Translations under genes and position numbers: made by a program
Notes under the pieces: model-generated
The model's database searches: none
What the model was told of the DNA's origin: nothing
The model's input: only the letters and a program-made list of their open reading frames with translations
Source of the DNA: Nanobdellota archaeon
GTDB taxonomy: Archaea > Nanobdellota > Nanobdellia > Woesearchaeales > UBA583
Direction of reading: 5' to 3'
Assembly (NCBI GenBank): GCA_022565615.1
Contig: JAIUMM010000005.1
Location: forward strand, 1-62,266
DNA: 62,266 nt
Shown here: positions 1 through 9,379 of the stretch, piece after piece
How positions within the stretch are numbered: the first letter of the stretch is position 1
How the letters are laid out: every line of letters begins with the position of its first letter

Positions 1-1
1 A

Positions 2-184
2 TATAACGGGATTAGAAATTTTGTTCTTCCTCCCCTTCAAAGAACTACTCAATTATTTGAATTAAATGATTTAGAAAATAATCCTGTTGGACTTCCAATG
101 GGTCTTGCAAATCAAATGTATGATGGAGAATTAAGTCAAATTCCTGAGTGTGCAGAGGCTTATAGAGCAATTTATCCAGAATAA
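2..184 (+). CDS. 3' end of a hypothetical protein, truncated by the window edge
   Basis: Open frame from nt 2 to TAA at 182-184: YNGIRNFVLPPLQ...IPECAEAYRAIYPE*. Not in the ORF track because it has no start. Confidence 0.6.
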   Translation, partial: YNGIRNFVLPPLQRTTQLFELNDLENNPVGLPMGLANQMYDGELSQIPECAEAYRAIYPE

Positions 185-204
185 ACTCAAATAAAAATTA
201 TAAA

Positions 205-567
205 ATGAAAGAACAATTAAAAAATAATTTATTCAAAGGGTTAGTTCCTCTTCTAATTGTAACTTCAACTCCAGCTTTAAGTCAAGAAGATGATATTACT
301 CAATTAAATAGAAATCAACTCTCCTCTTATACTCAAGAGTGTAGAGATTATATTACACAAAATCCTTCTTATAATAATCAAGTAGTTCAAAGCTCTCTTA
401 GAGGAATTGAGAGTTATTTACAAGATTCTTCTTCTATTGATTTAAATTCAATTCAAGGAATTGGTTTTACTCAAACTTTTGAAGGAATGAGAGATTCTTC
501 TTGTTCTATGCTTCCAACTCTTTTGTATGATATAGAAGATGGAATTTTTATAAATTACAGAAATTAG
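205..567 (+). CDS. Small secreted protein, tandem paralogue 1
   Basis: Signal peptide (MKEQLKNNLFKGLVPLLIVTSTPALS/QE), two Cys, ends NYRN*. Confidence 0.8.
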   Translation: MKEQLKNNLFKGLVPLLIVTSTPALSQEDDITQLNRNQLSSYTQECRDYITQNPSYNNQVVQSSLRGIESYLQDSSSIDLNSIQGIGFTQTFEGMRDSSCSMLPTLLYDIEDGIFINYRN

Positions 568-583
568 TTAATAATTAATTAAA

Positions 584-901
584 ATGAAATCACAAATAAA
601 AAATAATTTACTCAAAGGGTTAGTTCCTCTTCTAATGGTAACTGCAACTCCAGCTTTAAGTCAAGAAAGAGATTTAGCAACTAGGTTGTCTCAAAATTTA
701 ACTGAATGTAAACAAAGTTTAGAGTTTGAAGATGAAAGGGAATTTGTAAAAGATTACATAAGTGAACTTCAAAGTACTGGAACATTATCTGGAATGAATA
801 GAATAGTAACTGATACTTTAATGTATTATGGAAGTAGAGGGAATGAATCTTGTGAAGAATCCTTAAATCTATATGGACAAATGCTTAATTATAGGAATTA
901 A
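584..901 (+). CDS. Small secreted protein, tandem paralogue 2
   Basis: First 84 nt match 205..288 at 78/84 positions; two Cys; ends NYRN*. Confidence 0.8.
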   Translation: MKSQIKNNLLKGLVPLLMVTATPALSQERDLATRLSQNLTECKQSLEFEDEREFVKDYISELQSTGTLSGMNRIVTDTLMYYGSRGNESCEESLNLYGQMLNYRN

Positions 902-942
902 TAAATAAATTCAATAAGTTTCTACTCCTCCTACACCAAATT

Positions 943-950
943 TTTATAAA
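943..950 (+). promoter_or_regulatory. Archaeal TATA box of the rad50-like gene
   Basis: TTTATAAA 21 nt before the ATG at 972; no Shine-Dalgarno seen. Confidence 0.6.
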
Positions 951-971
951 CACCAGTTAAGAAATGTAAGT

Positions 972-3602
972 ATGTTTATCTCCTCTATTACTCTTGATAA
1001 TATTCGCTCCTATACACATCAACAAATTACTTTTGAAGAGGGAATTAATGTGTTATATGGAAATATTGGCTCAGGAAAATCAACTATACTTCTTGCTATT
1101 GAAGTAGCTCTTTTTGGACTTAAAAAATCAGAAGGACAACATATTTTAAGAAAAGGAACTAGTGAGGGGAAAATATCTTTAACATTTACACAAGAAGGGG
1201 AAGAATTTACAATACTTAGAGAATTTAAAAAAACTAAAACAGGAATTACTCAAAGTGCAGGTTCAATAATTCTAAATTCACAAATTCAAGAATTTTCAAC
1301 TCAAGAGATGAATATGCATATATTTAATTATTTTAATTTTCCTATTTCATTTCTAAATAAAGATAAGACGCTAATGTATAGATTTACTCATTATACACCA
1401 CAAGAGCAGTTAAAAGAGATTTTACTAACACAAGCAGATAAACGTCTTGAAGTATTAAGAAAAGTCTTTAATATAGATAAATATAAACAACTTCAACAAG
1501 CACTTCAACTCACATCAAAAGCTACTTCAAAAGAACTAATTGTACTTGAAACTAAACTTGAAGAATTACCTAAAAATTTAGAAGAAGAGATTTCAAAAAA
1601 AATTAAAAAAATAGAGGAATTAAAGACCCAATTTGAACAATATAAATTAAAAGAAACATCTCTAAAATTAAAGCTTGATACTATTTTAAAAAATAAACGA
1701 GTTTTAGAAGATAAAAGAGCTACAATTATAGAGCAAGTAAAACAAATTCAAACTATTGAGAAAAATATTTTATCTTGTGATGAAGATTTAATTACTCAAA
1801 AAACATTTCAAAAACAATTACAGCAAAAAATTGAAGAATTAGATGGTCAAAAAAATACAACTAAAGATATGTGTTTGAAAAAAGAGCAATTAGAAAAACA
1901 TATTCAAACAAATGAGGAGAAAGTTATTCAAATTCAAAAAGATAGTAAAAAAATTGAAGAACAGCTCTTAGCTATTGAAAGAGAAGAGTTTACATTTGAG
2001 AAATTTAAAAGTGAGCTTAAAAAAGTAAATGATTTAGAAATGCGTTATACTCAAATTGAATCTATTATTAAAGATAATGAATTGCTCATTAAAAAGCAAG
2101 ATTCAAATTCAAAAAAAGAGGAAAAAATTACTATTGAATTACAATCTATTAATGATGCACTATATACATTTGATGTATCTTTATCTCAAAAAAAATCTTC
2201 TCTATTAGAACTCAAAGAGCAAATTAAACTTTTAGATAACTCAGTAACTACTACTTCCAATTCCTCTTCTTCACCAATAAACACTAGTACAAAAATGACG
2301 TGTCCTACTTGTTTTCAAGAAATTGATAAGAGTCATTTAAATCATTTAAAAGATTCAATTCAAATTAAAGAACTTGAAATAACTGCACTTGAAAAAGATG
2401 AAAAACAATTAAAATTACTTGAAACTAAAAAAGAAGTTGAGTCAAAATTAAAATTACTTGAAATCTCTAATAATCAATTACTTAAAGTTCAAGTTCAAAT
2501 TGAGACCTACAATCAACAACTGCAAGAAATTTCAAATCAACTTAATAGTCAAAAAGAGTACTTTAATACTATGTATTCAAATAAAGATGAACTTCAAGTT
2601 TTTAAAGAAAAATTACTCATTGAATCTAATCAAAATGAATTAGATACCACTTCAAGTAAAAATTCTAAACTAATACAATTAAAACAACAAGAGACAATCT
2701 TTCAACAGCAACTCAAAGACTTACAAAATACTATTAATAGATATAGAGAAGAATTAGTACAAATTAATCAATTAGATAAAAAATTACAAGAATTAGAGCT
2801 TCAAATAGTAAGAATTACCTCTAAATTAGAAGAGAGTATAAGTAAAGAAGATTCAATTAACAAATCTAAAACTCAAATGCAACAAAATTTAAAGGAATTG
2901 AGTTCCCAAATCTCTTTAAATTCAAAAATTAATGAGAAAATCTCAGAGCAACAAGAACTTGAAAAAAAATGTAATTCAAAATTAGAAGAATTATTTTCAT
3001 ATAAGAGTAAATGTAGTATTTCAAAAGAATATGAAATTAAAGAAAAGGAATCTCTTGAATATCAACTTACAAAAAGTAGAGAATTAAAAGATAAGATTCA
3101 ATTATTACAACTTCAAAATTCATTTGTAAAAGAAGATTTGATTGAGATTTGTAGAATTGTTGAAGAAACGTTATTTATTGAAATTCATACAGAACTTTCA
3201 AGAAAAATTGTTCATTACTTTAAGCAGCTAATAGATGAGCAAGAAATTGAAGTATATATAAGAGAAGATTTTAGTATTATTATTGAACAAAATGGGTATG
3301 AAGTTGAAGTTGAACAATTATCAGGAGGAGAAAAATCAGCTCTTGCTCTGAGTTATAGACTCTCTTTAAAAGAAGTAATTGAAGCACATTTTAGAGATGA
3401 AAATTCACTTGAATATATTATTTTAGATGAACCAACTGATGGATTTTCTCAAAATCAAATTCAAAAATTTGCACAAATATTAAGACAGAGTAATTTTAGA
3501 CAAATATTTTTAGTATCTCACGATTCAAATTTACTCACATCAGGAGAACATATTTATACAATTGAAAAAGAAAATCATATATCTTCAATAATAAAAGAAT
3601 AA
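972..3602 (+). CDS. rad50: SMC-family ATPase, Rad50/SbcC type
   Basis: Walker A GNIGSGKST, long coiled coils, central zinc hook CPTC, signature LSGGE, Walker B IILDEPT, H-loop VSH. Confidence 0.9.
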   Translation: MFISSITLDNIRSYTHQQITFEEGINVLYGNIGSGKSTILLAIEVALFGLKKSEGQHILRKGTSEGKISLTFTQEGEEFTILREFKKTKTGITQSAGSIILNSQIQEFSTQEMNMHIFNYFNFPISFLNKDKTLMYRFTHYTPQEQLKEILLTQADKRLEVLRKVFNIDKYKQLQQALQLTSKATSKELIVLETKLEELPKNLEEEISKKIKKIEELKTQFEQYKLKETSLKLKLDTILKNKRVLEDKRATIIEQVKQIQTIEKNILSCDEDLITQKTFQKQLQQKIEELDGQKNTTKDMCLKKEQLEKHIQTNEEKVIQIQKDSKKIEEQLLAIEREEFTFEKFKSELKKVNDLEMRYTQIESIIKDNELLIKKQDSNSKKEEKITIELQSINDALYTFDVSLSQKKSSLLELKEQIKLLDNSVTTTSNSSSSPINTSTKMTCPTCFQEIDKSHLNHLKDSIQIKELEITALEKDEKQLKLLETKKEVESKLKLLEISNNQLLKVQVQIETYNQQLQEISNQLNSQKEYFNTMYSNKDELQVFKEKLLIESNQNELDTTSSKNSKLIQLKQQETIFQQQLKDLQNTINRYREELVQINQLDKKLQELELQIVRITSKLEESISKEDSINKSKTQMQQNLKELSSQISLNSKINEKISEQQELEKKCNSKLEELFSYKSKCSISKEYEIKEKESLEYQLTKSRELKDKIQLLQLQNSFVKEDLIEICRIVEETLFIEIHTELSRKIVHYFKQLIDEQEIEVYIREDFSIIIEQNGYEVEVEQLSGGEKSALALSYRLSLKEVIEAHFRDENSLEYIILDEPTDGFSQNQIQKFAQILRQSNFRQIFLVSHDSNLLTSGEHIYTIEKENHISSIIKE

Positions 3603-3629
3603 TTTATTGAAGAACTAAAAAAACCTACT

Positions 3630-4031
3630 TTATTCTTCTTGTAACTGTTGTGCATAATACGAATTAATGAAGTAAGAGATTATTTCTTGAATTGTAAGCT
3701 CACTTAAAGGTAAACATTTTGTTGCATCAAAATACTCTATATATGTAGATTCATAAACTTCATTTAAGGAGATGTGATGAAATGTAATCTCTTCAAGACA
3801 TTGTTCTAAAAGTGTAATACTTTTACTTAGATTTTTCTTTTGAATTGCTAAAATTGCATCAGTAAATATTTTAGAAAATGATTCAAAAAAATAAGAAAGA
3901 TATGATTGAAGTTTTTGTAAAATTGATATAATTTGTTCTTGAGTCCTCTCTTCAAGTTGTAAAAATTCATTCAATTCTTCTTGAATTGAAGGTTTTTTTT
4001 TAGCAAAGTGTATATGTAGATGTCCACCCAT
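3630..4031 (-). CDS. Hypothetical protein
   Basis: 133-aa ORF filling the gap between genes; no motif recognised. Confidence 0.6.
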   Translation of the reverse strand: MGGHLHIHFAKKKPSIQEELNEFLQLEERTQEQIISILQKLQSYLSYFFESFSKIFTDAILAIQKKNLSKSITLLEQCLEEITFHHISLNEVYESTYIEYFDATKCLPLSELTIQEIISYFINSYYAQQLQEE

Positions 4032-4129
4032 AAAGTATGTATCACCAATTAATGTAGTATTAAATGTGTTTGATGTATTTCAATTAATTTATATTTTTTG
4101 ATATTTATAAACATATGTATTTATTACTT

Positions 4130-5731
4130 TTAAAATGTTCCAAGTCCTGTGAATTCTTGAATTCTATACCAAATATATTTAAGTTTAGAATCATCAAGAT
4201 ACTCTTCAACATCAAGTGTGTATTCAATATCGTTATAGTTATTCCAAATTCTTGAGAAAGACTCAGAAATTGAATTTGAAAGTTGAGAGTTTGAGTCAAT
4301 TTGAATTTTAATATTTGCTTCTAAATTGAAATTGTCTAAATTTCTTCGAGTATAATTTGTTGAGCCTAAGTGAATAATTGTTGTATTAGATTCAATTTTA
4401 TAAATTGTGAGTTGCTTAGAGTGGAATTGTTCACTATTTGTATTATACCACCTAATTGAGATATTTGTATTTTTAAGTAACTCATGTGCAACTACTCTAT
4501 TTGGAATTCCATTTTTTTCATGTCCAAAAGCATCTACATTAGGGTCTAAAATAATATTAATTATAACTCCTCTCTTACTTGCTAGTTTTAATTCATTAAT
4601 TATACTTCTACTTGAGAAATAGAACATAGAGAGTTCTATAATATCTCCTTTTTGTGTTTGTTGAATATCTTTAAGAATTGAATTTTTTATCTGTTTTTCA
4701 CTTAAAAATTGAATTGTTGAATTATGCTCAAAACTAGTATTAATTATATCATTAATTCTATTATCAATATCTTCATATCTATTAAAATATCTTTGAGTTG
4801 TGTTTAATATTTGTTCTAATTGAGTTAATATGTTTTCATCTTTTGTTGAAAATGAAGCAACTCCTAATTCACTTTTAACCATATCAGAAATTACTGCAGA
4901 GTTATCCACTCTTAGAGCAACATTTGAATGTAAATTACTAGGTGTATGGGGATTTGCAGATGTTATAAGAGCAGAGTATCCTTCAATATTATGAGTAATT
5001 ATGAGTTTTCTATGATTTGCTTTAAAATTTAAAAGTTTAAGTCCTGATCTTAGTGTTACATTATGTTGATCATTTCCAAGAGGATGAGGAATAATTCCAT
5101 TTTCTCCAACTCCAAACCATTGTAAAAATACTCTGTAAAATGTTGAGTATATATAGTTAGAATCTCTTAATTTATGAACATCAGTTTCAATAATTGTTAT
5201 ATTATTTTCTTTTAGTTCTGGATAGTGTTTAGGTGTAAAACTTCCATAAAAATTATTTATTCCATCAGTGATAAAGATAATTGTAATATTTGAGTTTTCT
5301 TGTTTTTTAGTAATTAGGGCTTGAGTAAGTTCACTTGTAATATTTCGCTTCACTAAAATTGAATTTTTAAGTTCTTGTGTAGTAAAATCTTCATTAAATA
5401 AAAACATATCTATAATAATAAAATCTTGTGCTTCTTGAATCATTGAGATAACTTCATCAAATATTTTATGCTCAGTTATTCTCTCATCTCCTTGAAAGTA
5501 AGTTATATCTTGTAGATATGTTAGTTGGTTTTCATCAATAGAGTATATATTACTCTTTATATTTACACCCTCAGGCAAAGGTTTTATTTGATGAAATATA
5601 AGAGTTGAGATGAGAAGAAGTAGTATTGCATAGAGTGCATATTTTTTATAATTAATTTTATGATCAGTTTTATAATTAACTTTATTTTTAGGCATTTTTT
5701 CTTGTTTTAATAAGCCAGTATTTTTCTTCAT
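4130..5731 (-). CDS. Phospholipase D family protein (cardiolipin-synthase-like), N-terminal membrane anchor
   Basis: TM helix near the N-terminus; two HxK motifs (NHRKLII...TSAN; FHSKQL...GSTN...NLEANI); IDMFLF and LSMFYF strands. Confidence 0.85.
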   Translation of the reverse strand: MKKNTGLLKQEKMPKNKVNYKTDHKINYKKYALYAILLLLISTLIFHQIKPLPEGVNIKSNIYSIDENQLTYLQDITYFQGDERITEHKIFDEVISMIQEAQDFIIIDMFLFNEDFTTQELKNSILVKRNITSELTQALITKKQENSNITIIFITDGINNFYGSFTPKHYPELKENNITIIETDVHKLRDSNYIYSTFYRVFLQWFGVGENGIIPHPLGNDQHNVTLRSGLKLLNFKANHRKLIITHNIEGYSALITSANPHTPSNLHSNVALRVDNSAVISDMVKSELGVASFSTKDENILTQLEQILNTTQRYFNRYEDIDNRINDIINTSFEHNSTIQFLSEKQIKNSILKDIQQTQKGDIIELSMFYFSSRSIINELKLASKRGVIINIILDPNVDAFGHEKNGIPNRVVAHELLKNTNISIRWYNTNSEQFHSKQLTIYKIESNTTIIHLGSTNYTRRNLDNFNLEANIKIQIDSNSQLSNSISESFSRIWNNYNDIEYTLDVEEYLDDSKLKYIWYRIQEFTGLGTF

Positions 5732-5831
5732 ACATAATTAGAGGAGAATAAAATTATAAATATATGTATTAATACAAAGATTACTAGTTTAGAAATTCAA
5801 ACTTTTTTTTTATTAAACTATAATAAAATAA

Positions 5832-5948
5832 CATTAAGAGGGGGATTTGAAATCTTACAAAATTTACAATTTTGGGATTTGAGAACGAAGAATGAGTGAC
5901 CACATAATGGTGAGAATTCTACACTTAAGTTTTGAGTGTAACGAAAAA
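5832..5948 (-). repeat. 117-bp tRNA-Ser-associated unit, copy A; ends in a decayed copy of the tRNA 3' end
   Basis: Gap-free alignment with 29903..30019; 85/100 identity over the first 100 aligned nt counted from the tRNA terminal CG. Confidence 0.9.
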
Positions 5949-6031
5949 CGCCAAGGGTGGGATTTGAACCCACGATCCCCTAAGGGACGAGATTAGCAGT
6001 CCCGCGCAATACCAGGCTATGCGACCTTGGC
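5949..6031 (-). tRNA. tRNA-Ser(GCT)
   Basis: Acceptor stem GCCAAGG/CCTTGGC, anticodon loop CT-GCT-AA, long variable arm, T-loop GGTTCAAATCC, discriminator G, CCA not encoded. Confidence 0.95.
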
Positions 6032-6117
6032 AAAAAAAGCCTTATCTACATTGTAGATATATAGTTAACTTTGAATTCATTTAAAAATCTTATGCTACAT
6101 TTTCAAATACAATGAAT

Positions 6118-6125
6118 TTTATAAA
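6118..6125 (+). promoter_or_regulatory. Archaeal TATA box of elp3
   Basis: TTTATAAA 23 nt before the ATG at 6149. Confidence 0.6.
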
Positions 6126-6148
6126 TACAATTTCATTTACTAGTTTAT

Positions 6149-8425
6149 ATGTCACAATCACAAGAAGAATTAAACTCTTTTTATTTTGATTTAATTAATG
6201 AAATTACTTCTATTGAGGATCCAAATCCTACTAAAATTAATACATTGAAAACAAAAATTGCTAAAAAATATAAGGTAAATTCAGTTGTAAAGAATCCTCA
6301 AATTTTAGGGTATGCAAGAGATGACTATCAAAGAGAGCAACTTGTGAAAATTTTTAATACAAAACCTATTAGAGAAGCAAGTGGTGTAACAGTAGTTGCA
6401 CTTTTTGCAATTCCTCATGCTTGTCCTCATGGTAAGTGTATGTATTGTCCTGGAGGTCCAGGTTCTCCTTTTGGAGATACTCCTCAATCCTATACAGGGC
6501 ATGAACCTGCTGCAATGAGAGCTAAAAGAAATATGTATGACCCTTACATGCAAATTTTTAATAGACTTGAGCATTATATTGCAAATGGACATGACCCTGA
6601 TAAATTAGAATTAATTTTTATGGGAGGAACATTTCCAAGTTTATCATTAGAATATAGAGATGAATTTGTAAAATATGTGTATAAAGCGATTAATGATTTT
6701 GGAGATTTATTTTTTGAGATGACACCTGAGGGGAAAAGAATTATTAGGTACGATATTTTTAATGAGTTTTTTGAAATGACTCATCATTTTAATTCACAAG
6801 AGAGACAAATTCGAGTGCAAGAGAAAATGCTTCAAGAGAAATTCAAAAATGATATCTTAACACTTGAAGAGCAAATTGAGAAAAATGAAACTGCAATTAT
6901 TAGAAGTATTGGTTTAACTGTTGAGACTAAACCAGATTGGGCATTAGAGAGTCATTGTAGAGATATGTTAAGATATGGTTGTACACGACTTGAAATTGGG
7001 GTTCAAACATTAAATGAAAATTGTTTAAAAAAAACTAATAGAGGACACACTCTTGAAGAGACAAAGAGATGTTTTCAAATTGCAAAAGATTTATGCTTAA
7101 AAATGAATGCCCATATGATGCTTGGACTTCCTGCGTCAAATTTACAAATTGATGAAGAAGGTTTAGTTGGATTATTTGAAGAAGAAGCATATAGACCAGA
7201 TATGCTTAAAATTTATCCGTGTTTAGTTGTTGATGGAACTCCGTTATATAATATGTATAAATTAGGATTATTTGAGCCAATTACTACTGAGAAAGCAGCA
7301 GAAATAATTGCAAGAAGTTATGCAAAATTCCCTCGATATGTAAGAGTAATGAGAGTTCAGCGTGATATTCCAACTACACTTGTTGAAGGAGGAGTTCAAA
7401 AATCAAATTTACGTCAATATGTAGAAGAGGAGATGAAAAAACTAGGGGTTGAGAGTAAAGATGTTAGAGCAAGAGAAATTGGACTAAGACAATTAGAGGA
7501 GCAAAGAACACAGCATATAAAAAAAGAAATTAAATTACTTGAAAAAATTGAATTTGAATTTAAAAATAGAATAAAACAATTTGAATTTAATTCTTCTTTT
7601 CAAAAATTAAATGTATTTGAATTATTACCTCAAAATACGAATATTTATAGAAATATTGAAGGATTTGTGCGTGATATTAATGCTCTTGAAGAAGTATATA
7701 TTGATAAAATTGATGAAGTTAAAGCAATCTTTGAAAAAAAAATTGAGAATACTAAAAATGAAAAAGTAGTTTCTTCAAATCAGTTTGCTCTTCAAATCAC
7801 AAAAGAATTTACAAAAGAATATTTTAATTCAATGTTAGCTAAATACTATATCACTAATTTTAATGAAAATACTCAATTATTAAATGAATATGTATTATCT
7901 CAAAAATCTCTTCAAATTGTGGAAGAAAATGAGGAAATTGATGAAAAAATTAATGAAGAGTTTAATACTTTAAACCTAAAAATACAATTTTTAAAACAAT
8001 ATACTAAAAAACTAGTTGAATATTTTGAGAGTATTACTCATTTTGCAATTAATGTAGAAGAATTCAATTCAAGTGAAGGAGTAGATATTTTTTTAGATGT
8101 TGTAAATACTGATGACACACTAATAGGATTTACTCGACTTAGATTTCCAAAACAAACAAATTTAACTCCAGAAATTCATGAAAAAACTGCTCTAATTAGG
8201 GAATTACATATCTATGGACAAACTATTCCAGTAGGAGCTCAAGCAAAGGATGAGATAGTACAACACAAAGGATGGGGAAGGAAATTAATATTTAAAGCAG
8301 AAGAAATTGCAAAACAAAGAGGATATACAAAAATGGTAATTATTAGTGGAGTTGGAGTAAGAGAATATTATAAGAAGTTAGGATACCACAAAGAAGGAAC
8401 ATACATGGTAAAAGAGTTATTTTAA
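6149..8425 (+). CDS. elp3: tRNA uridine(34) acetyltransferase Elp3 (radical SAM + GNAT) with a large insertion
   Basis: KPIREASG, CPHGKCMYCPGG, QSYTGHEP, FMGGTF, ETKPD, RVQRDIP, RELHIYG, QHKGWGRKL, ISGVGVREYYKKLGY. Confidence 0.95.
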   Translation: MSQSQEELNSFYFDLINEITSIEDPNPTKINTLKTKIAKKYKVNSVVKNPQILGYARDDYQREQLVKIFNTKPIREASGVTVVALFAIPHACPHGKCMYCPGGPGSPFGDTPQSYTGHEPAAMRAKRNMYDPYMQIFNRLEHYIANGHDPDKLELIFMGGTFPSLSLEYRDEFVKYVYKAINDFGDLFFEMTPEGKRIIRYDIFNEFFEMTHHFNSQERQIRVQEKMLQEKFKNDILTLEEQIEKNETAIIRSIGLTVETKPDWALESHCRDMLRYGCTRLEIGVQTLNENCLKKTNRGHTLEETKRCFQIAKDLCLKMNAHMMLGLPASNLQIDEEGLVGLFEEEAYRPDMLKIYPCLVVDGTPLYNMYKLGLFEPITTEKAAEIIARSYAKFPRYVRVMRVQRDIPTTLVEGGVQKSNLRQYVEEEMKKLGVESKDVRAREIGLRQLEEQRTQHIKKEIKLLEKIEFEFKNRIKQFEFNSSFQKLNVFELLPQNTNIYRNIEGFVRDINALEEVYIDKIDEVKAIFEKKIENTKNEKVVSSNQFALQITKEFTKEYFNSMLAKYYITNFNENTQLLNEYVLSQKSLQIVEENEEIDEKINEEFNTLNLKIQFLKQYTKKLVEYFESITHFAINVEEFNSSEGVDIFLDVVNTDDTLIGFTRLRFPKQTNLTPEIHEKTALIRELHIYGQTIPVGAQAKDEIVQHKGWGRKLIFKAEEIAKQRGYTKMVIISGVGVREYYKKLGYHKEGTYMVKELF

Positions 8426-8436
8426 TTAGTAAAAAG

Positions 8437-8931
8437 ATGGGTTTTCTGTATTGGAGAGAAATTAAGCAAAAAGGAGAAGAGATTTATATTCCTAAAATTA
8501 GAACCTTAAGAGAAAATTCTAGCTCTATACATTCAATAGAACTCTCAAAAAATGGAAAATATCTTCATTCAAATCATGATTTTATATCTCCTCTTCATAG
8601 ATTCCTTCGAAAGTATTGGATAGATGAACTCCCTCAGTTTTATTCTTTATTAAAAGGTGACTTAAAATTAATTGGAGTTAGAGCAAAAGAACCTAAAATT
8701 AATTCTGCTTATACACCTTTTTTTAGAAAAAAATTAGAAGAAGAAGTAAAACACAGTTTAATTGACATTACATACTCATTAGACAAAAGTAGAGACTTGT
8801 CAGATCCTAGAACTCTTGAAGCTTTATATAGATTGTATTTAAGAAAATATAATAATAATTCCTTTAGAACTGATTTAGAGTTTTTGTGTGGATTTGGAAG
8901 AAATATCTTAAAACGAAAATTTAGTGAATAA
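8437..8931 (+). CDS. Bacterial sugar transferase (monotopic phosphoglycosyl transferase) catalytic-domain protein
   Basis: KIRTL and LRKYWIDELPQFYSLLKGDLKLIGVR match the Bac_transf DELPQ...KGDMSLVGPRP signature; no N-terminal membrane helix. Confidence 0.7.
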   Translation: MGFLYWREIKQKGEEIYIPKIRTLRENSSSIHSIELSKNGKYLHSNHDFISPLHRFLRKYWIDELPQFYSLLKGDLKLIGVRAKEPKINSAYTPFFRKKLEEEVKHSLIDITYSLDKSRDLSDPRTLEALYRLYLRKYNNNSFRTDLEFLCGFGRNILKRKFSE

Positions 8932-8941
8932 TTGTATTTAT

Positions 8942-9223
8942 TTATATCATTCCAACTCTTACTAATACAATTAATAATCCAAATGAAACTACAAATACGC
9001 CAATTGTGATGAGAATTGAGAATATTAATTTAGGATTTATTCTATAACTTATAGTTCCAATAATTGATGCAAATGTTAATACTAGAGTCATAATCATAAC
9101 ACCAATTCCAGCAAATGCTTCAATACTTCGTGCATATAACAGTCCAGTTGTGAAAATAATAATTGGAGTTATAAAAATCCAGTTCTTTTCAATGATAGTT
9201 TTAAATGTATTTGTTGTTTTCAT
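8942..9223 (-). CDS. Small membrane protein (about 3 TM)
   Basis: 93 aa with three hydrophobic segments. Confidence 0.6.
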   Translation of the reverse strand: MKTTNTFKTIIEKNWIFITPIIIFTTGLLYARSIEAFAGIGVMIMTLVLTFASIIGTISYRINPKLIFSILITIGVFVVSFGLLIVLVRVGMI

Positions 9224-9379
9224 TTTTATAAGTAAGTTTTTTTTAAAATTTCTATAACTAAGTTATTACAAGTATGATTCTAATGTTTATAAACCTATTT
9301 ACACCAGAATTTTTTTAAAAAATAAATCATTGAATATTTCTAATTAAGTTTAAATATCTCTAAGTATTATAGTATATAG

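Noticed and set aside
2407-2463. 18-bp direct repeat with a 39-bp period in rad50
   Set aside because: A small coiled-coil duplication (LKLLE twice) in AT-rich sequence; no evidence of function.
5915-6059. Cas12a-repeat-like strings (TCTAC...GTAGAT; TAAGTGTAGA)
   Set aside because: Isolated short matches with no repeat-spacer periodicity and no cas12.
7484-8040. Elp3 insertion read as an intein
   Set aside because: No Cys/Ser start, no His-Asn end and no LAGLIDADG blocks.
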